NCBI GenBank assembly: GCA_036821845.1
Contig: DAISIT010000002.1
Location: forward strand, 77,850-109,849
Length of the DNA stretch: 32,000 nt
Source of the DNA: Hyphomicrobiaceae bacterium
GTDB taxonomy: Bacteria; Pseudomonadota; Alphaproteobacteria; Rhizobiales; Hyphomicrobiaceae
Direction: 5' to 3'
Shown piece after piece: positions 17,923-26,029 of this stretch (the first letter of the stretch is position 1; each line of letters begins with the position of its first letter). A model generated the notes under the pieces. The model saw only the letters and a list, made by a program, of their open reading frames with translations. It was not told the DNA's origin and did no database searches. The translations under genes were made by a program, and so were the position numbers.

Positions 17923-18116
17923 TTGCTCGCCCCGGTGATCCCGGCGCGCAGGGTGCCGAGGCCGAGCGCGGCGAGGATCTGGGTGAGCCAGTCGGAACCG
18001 ACATCGACGCCTGGCACATCGATGCCGAGGCCCTTCTCGACGACGACCACCAGCACGAGCACGGCGGCGATGATGTAGGTGCGGTAGCCCGCACCGAACT
18101 GAAGAACGGCGTTCAT
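17919..18116 (-). CDS. Holin-like small membrane protein (65 aa, two TM segments)
   Basis: ATG at 18116 with aaggag upstream. The product MNAVLQFGAGYRTYIIAAVLVLVVVVEKG...WLTQILAALGLGTLRAGITGASK lies immediately downstream of the endolysin. The rest of track ORF 17919..18494 is Arg/Ser-rich antisense junk. Confidence 0.55.
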   Translation of the reverse strand: MNAVLQFGAGYRTYIIAAVLVLVVVVEKGLGIDVPGVDVGSDWLTQILAALGLGTLRAGITGASK

Positions 18117-18141
18117 GGAAATCTCCTTGGTTGGGGTTGGA

Positions 18142-18711
18142 TCAGGCCTCGTTGACGGAGAGGCTTCCGCTCGCGGCGAGGGCGATGGGTCGAACGTTGA
18201 CGGGCTGGGCGCGATAGGGCGGGCGGCGCACCGCCACGAGCCGGTTGCGCGACAGCCGCGTGATCGAGACGCGATCGGATTGATTGCCGCCGAGAACGTG
18301 GAAGGCAGAGGCGTCGTGGCCGACATAGAGGCCGACGTGCCCGCCGCCCTTACGCTTGAAGACGAGCACGTCGCCCAGCGCCGCAGCGCCCTTCGGAACC
18401 GACGTGCCGAACGCCGCCCATTCGAGCGCCGAGAGATAGAGGCGCGGCGGATTGCGCTCGGGGCGGCGTTCGATGTTGGCGCGGTGCGCGACAATCGCCA
18501 TGAACAGGCCGCACCACGGGATCGCGTCGTGGCGATAGGCGCCTGAATACACGCGGCCGATGCCGGCAGCTTCGAGTTCCGCTTGCCAGCCGATGATCTT
18601 CGGATTGTCGGCGTCTCCCGGTGCTTCGAGGATGCCGTAGTCCTTCAACGCCTCGACGATCATGCGCGGGCCGGGCTCGGCTTCGAGCCATCGGTATTGG
18701 GCAGGCAACAT
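18142..18711 (-). CDS. Phage endolysin, NlpC/P60-CHAP-like peptidase (TIGR02594-type)
   Basis: MLPAQYRWLEAEPGPRMIVEALKDYGILEAPGDADNPKIIGW...IPWCGLFMA...GGGHVGLYVG...VLGGNQSD gives the Cys/His catalytic pattern of this family. GGAGG lies 6 nt upstream of the ATG. Confidence 0.8.
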   Translation of the reverse strand: MLPAQYRWLEAEPGPRMIVEALKDYGILEAPGDADNPKIIGWQAELEAAGIGRVYSGAYRHDAIPWCGLFMAIVAHRANIERRPERNPPRLYLSALEWAAFGTSVPKGAAALGDVLVFKRKGGGHVGLYVGHDASAFHVLGGNQSDRVSITRLSRNRLVAVRRPPYRAQPVNVRPIALAASGSLSVNEA

Positions 18712-18721
18712 GGTGACCTCC

Positions 18722-18754
18722 AGAAAAGACGAAGCCCGCCGGAGGGGCGGGCTT
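18722..18754 (-). terminator. Rho-independent terminator between the tail-accessory genes and the lysis cassette
   Basis: A 9-bp GC stem aagcccgcc (18732-18740) / ggcgggctt (18746-18754) has a 5-nt loop. On the minus strand it is followed by cgtcttttct. Confidence 0.55.
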
Positions 18755-18789
18755 TCGGTCGGGTTGCGGTTGGGGTTGATGTCGGCGGA

Positions 18790-19122
18790 TCAGGTGTGTT
18801 TGCGGCCGTCCTCATTGCTTTCCAGGCGGTCGATGCGTTCGCGGAACTCACCCATCGTCGCTTTGATCTGGGCGATGTCGGTGCGGGCCTCGGCCACGAC
18901 CCTGCGCCCGGCGATGTCGTTCGAGACATCCTCCTTGATCGCGGTGATCTCCTTCGCGTTGGCGGCAAACGTGGCGTCAATCAGCGTGAAGCGCTGTGAC
19001 AACCACCACGCCACGCGGACGAGGAAGACGATCAGGATCAGAAGTTCGAGGATCAGGCTGCCGACAACGACCCACGTCAGCGTGAGCGCGTCGGCGCCGA
19101 CCGAGATCGGAGCGGCGGACAT
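18790..19122 (-). CDS. Membrane-anchored coiled-coil protein (110 aa), phage, unknown function
   Basis: ATG with aaggaa upstream. The TM helix LTLTWVVVGSLILELLILIVFLVRVAWW is followed by a charged helical region (ITAIKEDVSNDI...IAQIKATMGEFRERIDRLES). Confidence 0.6.
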   Translation of the reverse strand: MSAAPISVGADALTLTWVVVGSLILELLILIVFLVRVAWWLSQRFTLIDATFAANAKEITAIKEDVSNDIAGRRVVAEARTDIAQIKATMGEFRERIDRLESNEDGRKHT

Positions 19123-19146
19123 CGAGGGTTCCTTCTTTGGTAGGGA

Positions 19147-19845
19147 TCAGGACGAAGGCGCGGTGAAGGCGAGCGCGTAGAGCACGACGCGCACCTTTCC
19201 GCCGGTGAAGTTGCCGCCGGCCGCGGTGATGCGGATCGGCGTGTTGGCATAGAAGGCGGTCGGGCCGATCACGCCGATGTTGTTCGAACCGAGCGCGATG
19301 CCGAGCGAGCCGCCAAACTGGCTGGTGTTGCCGGCGACGCCGACGCCGTAGGATGTCGCGCCGGTGATCGCCTGCATGGTTCGCGAGGCGACAGCGAGAA
19401 CGATCATGCGATCGGCGATCACGGCGGTGGTGGCATCGACGAAGGCGCCGGTGAGCGTCAGCTCCTGTTCGAGCGCCACAAGCCGTATCGCGCCGCCATT
19501 GGCCGTGCCAACGATCCGGTCGCGCCAGGCGCCGTCGGTCCACACGACGGTGAGGCGCTCGTCCTCGACATGGACGCGCCAGCCGACGACAGGCACGAAG
19601 AACGCCCAGGCACCCTCGCGCCAAAAGGCGATCCTGTCGGTCTGGCCAGCCCAGACGCCGGTTGCGCCGGACGGGACGATCCAGCGATCGCCATTGGCCG
19701 GGCTTCCCGGCGGCGTCGCCAGCGTCCGGCTCTTGACGCTTGTTTGCACCAGCGCGTCGAGGCGCAGCAGCGCCTCGTTGTGGGCAATCTCCTTCTGCGC
19801 CTGCCCTTGCGCGAGCGTGGGCAGGCCGAGGTTCGGCGTCGGCAT
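19147..19845 (-). CDS. DUF2793-domain phage protein (tail fibre/receptor-binding accessory)
   Basis: MPTPNLGLPTLAQGQAQKEIAHNEALLRLDALV...GDRWIV...WAGQTDRIAFWREGAWAF matches the conserved DUF2793 N-terminus found downstream of GTA g15-like genes. Confidence 0.8.
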   Translation of the reverse strand: MPTPNLGLPTLAQGQAQKEIAHNEALLRLDALVQTSVKSRTLATPPGSPANGDRWIVPSGATGVWAGQTDRIAFWREGAWAFFVPVVGWRVHVEDERLTVVWTDGAWRDRIVGTANGGAIRLVALEQELTLTGAFVDATTAVIADRMIVLAVASRTMQAITGATSYGVGVAGNTSQFGGSLGIALGSNNIGVIGPTAFYANTPIRITAAGGNFTGGKVRVVLYALAFTAPSS

Positions 19846-19857
19846 TTTGATTGTCCT

Positions 19858-22800
19858 TCAGATGATGGCGGTGCCCGGCCAGCCGCGCCCGACCGAGGCG
19901 GAAAGCTGGTAGACGCGCACCGAGACCGCGCTTTGCGCTGATCCGAAATCCGCGACCTGCTGGGCGGCGGAGTAGCCGGCGGTCGGCGTGGTCGTAGCGA
20001 TGGTTCGGACGACGTTCGCGCCGTTCATCACATCGACTTCGTAGCGCTCGCTTTCCTCGTTGAGCGGAACATCGACGCCATCCGCCCAGACGCCGCCGAA
20101 GCGGGTGCGCCGAACCCATGTGATGGTGAGATCGCCGCCGCCATTGCGCGCGCCCGCGATCTGAACCGGCGACCACGGCATGCGGCCGACAGCCTTCGCG
20201 GCGAATGTGGTCTGTTGCCAGGCGGGATCGGCGATATCGAGCGCCTGCGGTCCCCACCGATAGAAGCGGGCCGCGAGGCGTTCGGCGGGCTTGCCGTCGA
20301 TCTTGGCGACCGCTTCGTTCAACAGAACCACCGGCGCGCCGATGGCCAGCGGCGAGCGGATCGCGTGCTCGGTGCCGAGGCGTCCGCGGAGCAGCTTCGT
20401 CAGCCGATAGGTCAGCGATCCGGTCAGGACCGCATCGGCGAACTGGACGATCTCCCAATCGCCGTCGGGCGTGCCGAGCGCCAGGCTGTTCGTGCCGCCG
20501 CTCAGGATCGTGTCGGGCGTCGCGCTCGCGAGCTCCGCGGCATAGAGCTTCACCTCGAGGACGGAACCTTCGTCCCAATACTCCGTCGGCCCGGCGGGAA
20601 ACGGCTGGATGGTTTCGCCAACGGTGGCCCGCACGGCGAGCGTCGTGTCGAGCACGAAATCGGACCCGGTGGCGCTGTCCATCAACACGACGCCGCCCCA
20701 GGGCGACGCCGATGCCGCGGCATAGGGCGAGAAGCCGTCGTCGGTGTCGCGCAGCAGCGGCAGGTCCATCAGCCGCAAGACCGCTGCGCCATAGATCGGC
20801 GGCGGCGTGAGCGTCGGCGGCGCGATGCCGTTCAGCGGAGGCGCATAGATCGCCGCTTCCGCGCGCACGGCTTCGGCTTCGCGCGCGCCCTTGTCGAGCA
20901 CGCGCGTCAGCCGGAACGACCGCGCCCTGCCGTTGATGACGAGATCGATCACGTCGCCCGGATCGAGTGCGATGCGCGAGGGCGGCAGCGCCAGTTGCGC
21001 GGTTTCGCGGGCAACCCAAGCTTCCACCAGCGAGCGATCGGCGATCGATTGCGCCTGAACCTGATCCATCACCAGCGCGAGCCGCAGATCGCTCTTGCGT
21101 TCGGAATAGCCGGCAAGGCGCGTCGCCGAGACCGCGCCGGATTTATATTCGTCCACGGCGTCGGTGAAGCCGACCGCCACCTCGTTCGGCAGTTCGGTTT
21201 CCTGGCCGCGCGTCAGCGTGATCTCTTCGCCCTGATCGGGAACAGCAAGTTCGGCCAAGGTCAGTGTCGCGACCGAGGCCCGCCCGCGCGGCACGAAGCG
21301 GATCACGCCGTCGGTTTCGACCGCATCGAAGGAATAGGCGGATGCCAGCGCTTCGATCTCCGCGCGCGGGCTCATCGGCCGGTCGCGCAGATATCCGGTG
21401 ACGACGCCGACCAGCGCTGACACATCGTAAGCCGTGAAGCCGACGCGCCGGCAGCGTTCGGCAACGAGTGCCGCCAGATCGGCGAGACCGACCTTGCCGT
21501 TCAACCAATGGCCGAGCGGATAAAGATCACCGTCCGACCAGAGATCGGCGCGACCCGGCCAGGCGGGATAGGGACGCGCGTCCCATGTCCAGATGCCGAA
21601 GGCCTCGATCATCCGGCCGCTATAGACGCCAGAAACCGGATTATTGGCGCCTGAAGGCGCCCAATAGCTCAAGACCGCTTCAAGCGCGCGGCGCTGAATC
21701 AGATCGTCGCGCGTGCCCTTCGAGAAGTAGGGCAAGAAACTTTCGGACGATTTCGGATCATAGAAGACGTTGGGCTGGTTCGCGCCCTTGTCTGCCGAGG
21801 GCACGCCGAGCTCGCAGAACCAGATCGGCTTCATCTGCGCCAGCCACGCGGTCGGCGATCCGCTTTCAACGCCGCCCGGGCGGTCGTAATGCCGGTTCAG
21901 CCACCAGTTCCGCAGATCCTTCGACCGGAACACCCATGGCTTGCCATAGGCGCCGTCGGTGATGGTGGTGCGGGTCTGGTTGTTGCGCGCCGTGTCGCTC
22001 GCATAGAACCAGCTGAAGAACTCGCCGCCCTCGATGTTCGATTGCAGATAGGCGCGATCATAGATCGACGGCGCGCCCGCGATGCGGTCGAGGTGCCCGG
22101 TGCCGTCGCGCCAATCGGCGAGCGGCGCATACCAGTCGATGCCGACGAAATCGATGTTGCTGTCGGCCCAGAGTGGATCGAGATGGAAGAAGACATCGTT
22201 CGATCCGTCGGCGGGCCGATAGCCGTTGTAGTCGGACCAATCGGCGGCGTAGCTCACTTTCACACCGCCGCCGAGAATGCCCTTCACATCGGCGGCGAGG
22301 GTCTTGAGCCGGGCGACGGCAGGGAAGTTGGTGGCGCTGTCGCGGACCGAACAGAGCGCCCGGAACTCCGATCCGATCAGGAAGGCGTCGATGGTCCCGG
22401 CATCGATCGCGTTCACCGCCGCGCAGAGCTTGGCATAGTGCAGGATGAACCGGCGCAGGCCCCATTCGGCCGGGCCGGAATAGCTGGTCGTCACTGTATC
22501 GGTGCTGGCGTTGACCGACACCGAGACGTGTGAGGCGAGGCAGGCGCCAAAAAAGGAAGCGACCTGCGTTCCCGCCGTCGCGGTCTTGTCCACCGTGCCG
22601 GGTTGGCCGGCGGCCGGGTGGCAGGTGATCCTCCCGCGCCAGGGATAGACGGGCTGGCCGGTGCCGCCATAAGGGTTCGGCAGCGCATTGCCGGCGGGCA
22701 CGTCCATGAACACGAACGGATAGAAGACAACCGCATAGCCGCGCGCCTTCAGATCGCGGATTGCGCGCACGACCGTATCGTCCGACGGCGTGCCGCCATA

Positions 22801-23799
22801 GGCGGGCTTGCCCGAGCTGAGCGACATCACGAGTGCGCCGGATCGCGCAAGGCCGTGCACCATCCAGGCATCGGGCGTCGTTATCTTGTTCGCGACTTCG
22901 ACCTTCGGGCGGATCGTGCAGGAGCCACAGCGCAGATCGTCCCCAAACCAGCCGACCACCAGAAACACCGTATCCACGCTGGGCAGAGAGGCTTTCAGGT
23001 CGTCGAGCGCCACCGACCAGTCGGAGGTCGAGCGCCCGGCGCTGTCGTTCTCGGGCGTGGTCGAGCCGCCGCCGAGATCGCGCTTCTGGACCTTGGTGTC
23101 ATAGCTACGCTCGCCTGCGCCGGGGATCATGGTCACGGCGCGCACGATGGTCTCAAGGCTGTCGCCGGATGTGGACGACACGCGCCGGAACACCTCGAAG
23201 GTCAGCTGCGGCAGGCGGTTGCCGAACTTTTCCAGCGCAAGATTGTCGAACACGACATAGGCCGTGCCGCGATAGGCGGGCGCGTTACCGGTGCCTTCGA
23301 CGCCTTCGATCAGCGGATCGGGCGACTGGCTCGTCGTGCCGCGATAGACCCGCATGGTGATGCCCGCGAGCGAGAGCGGCTTGCCGTCGGCCCAGATGCG
23401 GCCGATCCGGTCGATCGGCCCCTCACAGAGCCCGACCGCGAAGTTCGCGAAATAGGAATAGGTCGTGGACGTGACCGATCCGCCGCCACCCTTGCCGCCG
23501 CCAGAGCGCTGCGTGGTCGTGGTCGCCACCTCCTTGAACTTCGTCGCCCAAATGATCTGGCCCGCGATCCGCACCCGGCCGGCGATCTCGGGGATCGCCG
23601 CGCCTTCGGTCGAAGCCTGAACCTGCAAGCTGTCGAGGCGCGGCCCTTCCTGCGTCGTGTTGCCCATCGACGGGCCGAACAAGCGGTTGTCGATGAAACT
23701 GCCGACAGCGGTCGCCGCCGCCGCAGCCGCGATCTGGACAAACACAGAGGCGCCCGCCGTCAGCGCGGAGGCCGCGGCGGTGAGAAGCAGAACAGCCAT
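19858..23799 (-). CDS. Host-specificity / baseplate multidomain protein (RcGTA g15 'megatron'-like, with glycoside-hydrolase-like TIM domain)
   Basis: The 1313-aa product has a hydrophobic N-terminus (MAVLLLTAAASALTAGASVF...), then GPRLDSLQVQASTEGAAIPEIAGRVRIAGQIIWAT and FIGSEFR..., which I recognise as the g15 family. It sits after the NlpC/P60 gene as in GTA-type clusters. Confidence 0.9.
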   Translation of the reverse strand: MAVLLLTAAASALTAGASVFVQIAAAAAATAVGSFIDNRLFGPSMGNTTQEGPRLDSLQVQASTEGAAIPEIAGRVRIAGQIIWATKFKEVATTTTQRSGGGKGGGGSVTSTTYSYFANFAVGLCEGPIDRIGRIWADGKPLSLAGITMRVYRGTTSQSPDPLIEGVEGTGNAPAYRGTAYVVFDNLALEKFGNRLPQLTFEVFRRVSSTSGDSLETIVRAVTMIPGAGERSYDTKVQKRDLGGGSTTPENDSAGRSTSDWSVALDDLKASLPSVDTVFLVVGWFGDDLRCGSCTIRPKVEVANKITTPDAWMVHGLARSGALVMSLSSGKPAYGGTPSDDTVVRAIRDLKARGYAVVFYPFVFMDVPAGNALPNPYGGTGQPVYPWRGRITCHPAAGQPGTVDKTATAGTQVASFFGACLASHVSVSVNASTDTVTTSYSGPAEWGLRRFILHYAKLCAAVNAIDAGTIDAFLIGSEFRALCSVRDSATNFPAVARLKTLAADVKGILGGGVKVSYAADWSDYNGYRPADGSNDVFFHLDPLWADSNIDFVGIDWYAPLADWRDGTGHLDRIAGAPSIYDRAYLQSNIEGGEFFSWFYASDTARNNQTRTTITDGAYGKPWVFRSKDLRNWWLNRHYDRPGGVESGSPTAWLAQMKPIWFCELGVPSADKGANQPNVFYDPKSSESFLPYFSKGTRDDLIQRRALEAVLSYWAPSGANNPVSGVYSGRMIEAFGIWTWDARPYPAWPGRADLWSDGDLYPLGHWLNGKVGLADLAALVAERCRRVGFTAYDVSALVGVVTGYLRDRPMSPRAEIEALASAYSFDAVETDGVIRFVPRGRASVATLTLAELAVPDQGEEITLTRGQETELPNEVAVGFTDAVDEYKSGAVSATRLAGYSERKSDLRLALVMDQVQAQSIADRSLVEAWVARETAQLALPPSRIALDPGDVIDLVINGRARSFRLTRVLDKGAREAEAVRAEAAIYAPPLNGIAPPTLTPPPIYGAAVLRLMDLPLLRDTDDGFSPYAAASASPWGGVVLMDSATGSDFVLDTTLAVRATVGETIQPFPAGPTEYWDEGSVLEVKLYAAELASATPDTILSGGTNSLALGTPDGDWEIVQFADAVLTGSLTYRLTKLLRGRLGTEHAIRSPLAIGAPVVLLNEAVAKIDGKPAERLAARFYRWGPQALDIADPAWQQTTFAAKAVGRMPWSPVQIAGARNGGGDLTITWVRRTRFGGVWADGVDVPLNEESERYEVDVMNGANVVRTIATTTPTAGYSAAQQVADFGSAQSAVSVRVYQLSASVGRGWPGTAII

Positions 23800-23872
23800 A
23801 GCGGATCAGGTGCTTTTTCTGTTTTGTTACTGGGGCTATTGATTGAAACAACTAACGGGACGGTTTGAATGC

Positions 23873-24136
23873 ATGTTCAGGGGGTTCTTCGATAAGTGGC
23901 GCGCGAGCCGGGCTCGCTGGAGAGCTGACGCACGGCGCTTGATTGCGTTCGAAAAGCGAACGGCATTCCATGCAGCACAAGTCGAGATCGCGCGGGCGCG
24001 GCACCGTGGCGATCGATCTGAAGCATGGCACTGGGCGAAGGTTGCTGCCGAAGTAGCGCGCATTTGCCCTGAAGCCGACCTCGATGTCGAACGGAGCGTT
24101 GAAGCGATTCGGAAGGCTGGGTTCAATTACCGGTAG
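23873..24136 (+). CDS. Opposite-strand small ORF (87 aa from ATG 23873; the track begins at TTG 23843), hypothetical moron
   Basis: This is the only non-shadow-looking + strand ORF in the prophage. Its composition is balanced (W, F, H, K, E). It fills a 327-bp gap between the g14-like and g15-like genes. GC3 is lower than its neighbours and the RBS is weak. Confidence 0.4.
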   Translation: MFRGFFDKWRASRARWRADARRLIAFEKRTAFHAAQVEIARARHRGDRSEAWHWAKVAAEVARICPEADLDVERSVEAIRKAGFNYR

Positions 24137-24558
24137 TCGGGAAATCGAAACGCAAATCGCAGGCGGTTGCGCCACCACGGCACGAGCGAAACTTCCGCCA
24201 CCGGGTGGGACTCGATGGCGTGGATCATGCGATCAGGCGCGACGAGGATCGCGCAATGCTTGGCGGGCGCGTTGTCGTTGATGGCGAAGAGCAGGAGATC
24301 GCCGGGTTCGAAGGCATCCAGCGCCAGCGGGATCATGTGACGGCTGGCGGCATCGGCTAACGTCTCTTCACGCAGCGTCTCGGCCCAATCGCGCGAATAG
24401 GCAGGCGGGTCTTCGGGATCGACCCCATAGATCGCGCGCCAGACCCCGCGCACGAGGCCGAGGCAATCGCACCCGACGCCCTTGAGCGCCGCCTGATGGT
24501 GATAAGGCGTGCCGATCCAGGCGCGCGCTTCGGCGATGATGGTCTCCCGGATCGTCAT
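24127..24558 (-). CDS. Phage cell-wall peptidase, NlpC/P60 family (RcGTA g14-like)
   Basis: AEARAWIGTPYHHQAALKGVGCDCLGLVRGVW...HCAI matches the g14-type NlpC/P60 pattern. It has an ATGA overlap with the upstream gene. Confidence 0.85.
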   Translation of the reverse strand: MTIRETIIAEARAWIGTPYHHQAALKGVGCDCLGLVRGVWRAIYGVDPEDPPAYSRDWAETLREETLADAASRHMIPLALDAFEPGDLLLFAINDNAPAKHCAILVAPDRMIHAIESHPVAEVSLVPWWRNRLRFAFRFPDYR

Positions 24559-25442
24559 GTGATCTTGCCGCCGTCGTTTCCGGCGCCCTGGTTCGGATAG
24601 GACATCGCGAAGTCGGTGCCCGGCATGTGCGGGAAGCCGCCGAAGTTAACCGTGTTGGCGAAGCGATCCCGGCAGGTGGCAAACGTGCGGTCGCAACCCG
24701 CTGTGGCGCTGAACGTGTCGCCGACCACAACCGGCGCGCCCATCGGCAGGGCAATCGCGATCCGTGAGACGCCGGCGCTTGAAGAGTGCGCCTTGATCTC
24801 GACTGCGAGGCCGTTGTTCACGCCGGAGGTCCAGACCAGTTTGCCGCGCGTGAGCACGCCTGACGCGACGCCGGAAAGGCCGGAGGCGAGGAATTCGAAG
24901 CTATCCAGAACCTGCGTCACCGCCCCGGTGCCATTGCGCCCCGCCGCGTTGAGATCGATCCCGCAACGCACGTCACCCAAGTCCCAGGCGCAGGAGCGCT
25001 GGAAGATGCGGCCTGCCGGTTGATCGAGCTTGGCAGCGAGGCCACGCAATTCGGCGGAGAAGGCGAGCTTGCCGCGCGCGACTTGTCCCAGATTTCCGGC
25101 GCGCAGAATCACGCGCTGTGCCACGTCCGCCCAGTTCACCAGATAGATCGTGACGGCGGCGTCGTCGTAGCGCCCGCCATGGAGATCGTCCTCGGTGAGC
25201 GCGTCAGACGACAGCGCGCCTTGCACATCGAGGTTCGAGACCGCCAATCCAAGCTGGCCCTCAATCGCCGTCGCGGTGAACCCCGACGCCGCCTTGTAGG
25301 TGACGGCATCGAAGACGAGATCGCGGTCGAAATCTGTAAAGCCCATCACCACTCCATCGCGTCGGTCCACCCGCCAGCAGCAGCACAGCGTCGTGAGCCC
25401 GCCCGCAACGTGGGTTGCGAGCGCGGGAGGGAGAGTTTTCAT
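24555..25442 (-). CDS. DUF2163 (phage BR0599-type) tail hub protein (RcGTA g13-like)
   Basis: LTTLCCCWRVDRRDGVVMGFTDFDRDLVFDAVTYKAASGF... and the C-terminal CDRTFATCRDRFANTVNFGGFPHMPG are typical of the family. Confidence 0.85.
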   Translation of the reverse strand: MKTLPPALATHVAGGLTTLCCCWRVDRRDGVVMGFTDFDRDLVFDAVTYKAASGFTATAIEGQLGLAVSNLDVQGALSSDALTEDDLHGGRYDDAAVTIYLVNWADVAQRVILRAGNLGQVARGKLAFSAELRGLAAKLDQPAGRIFQRSCAWDLGDVRCGIDLNAAGRNGTGAVTQVLDSFEFLASGLSGVASGVLTRGKLVWTSGVNNGLAVEIKAHSSSAGVSRIAIALPMGAPVVVGDTFSATAGCDRTFATCRDRFANTVNFGGFPHMPGTDFAMSYPNQGAGNDGGKIT

Positions 25443-26029
25443 TCGAGGACTTCCACGAGGTCGATATTGTTGACGATCTGCAAGTCCCAGGCGTTCGCCT
25501 GAACCGGCAGGCTATCGGTGTCGAAGCGGACGGGAACGTCGAACTGGAACGAGGCGGTCGGCGCAGAGCCCGGCGCGGAGGCGAAGGTGATCCGGCCCGT
25601 CAGCGTATCGATTGCGGCAGGCGTAACCGGGCTTCCGGCAATCTTGACAGTAACCGATCCGGCAACCGGCTTGGTGATCGTGCGGACGTGCTCATAGCCT
25701 GAGCGGTTGTAGCGTTTGACGATCTGCCAGACAGTTGGCGTGATCTGCACCATCGCTTGATCGGCAGCGTCGAAATCGTTCCAGTCCTTGAAGCGGAACG
25801 AATAGGCCCGGCCCTTCACGACATGGAAATGCGCGATTACCGCGGCCATGTCGGCGCGGCTGCGGATGCCGGTCGAGATGTTCCAGCGGCCTCGGGCTTG
25901 CGACCAGTTGACGTTGCGCTGCTCGGCTCCCGAGGCGAGCGTGACGATCTGTGTTGAGAACCCCGGACCGCCGGTCGCGCCGCGCCCGACCGAGCCGGGG
26001 AAGGCGATATCGAGAAACGGTTGCGGCAC
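25439..26029 (-). CDS. DUF2460 (TIGR02217-type) distal tail protein (RcGTA g12-like)
   Basis: FPGSVGRGATGGPGFSTQIVTLASGAEQRNVNWSQARGRWN is the family's signature N-terminus. The GTG start shares one base with the tape-measure TAG stop. Confidence 0.85.
   Translation of the reverse strand: MPQPFLDIAFPGSVGRGATGGPGFSTQIVTLASGAEQRNVNWSQARGRWNISTGIRSRADMAAVIAHFHVVKGRAYSFRFKDWNDFDAADQAMVQITPTVWQIVKRYNRSGYEHVRTITKPVAGSVTVKIAGSPVTPAAIDTLTGRITFASAPGSAPTASFQFDVPVRFDTDSLPVQANAWDLQIVNNIDLVEVLE

Noticed and set aside
23836-24126. Minus-strand 96-aa ORF in the g14/g15 gap, an alternative to the + strand moron ORF.
   Set aside because: The product is Arg/Ser/Ala-rich and looks like a shadow of the + strand ORF. 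It has no RBS and no coupling to neighbours. I kept the + strand ORF as the better, still uncertain, candidate.
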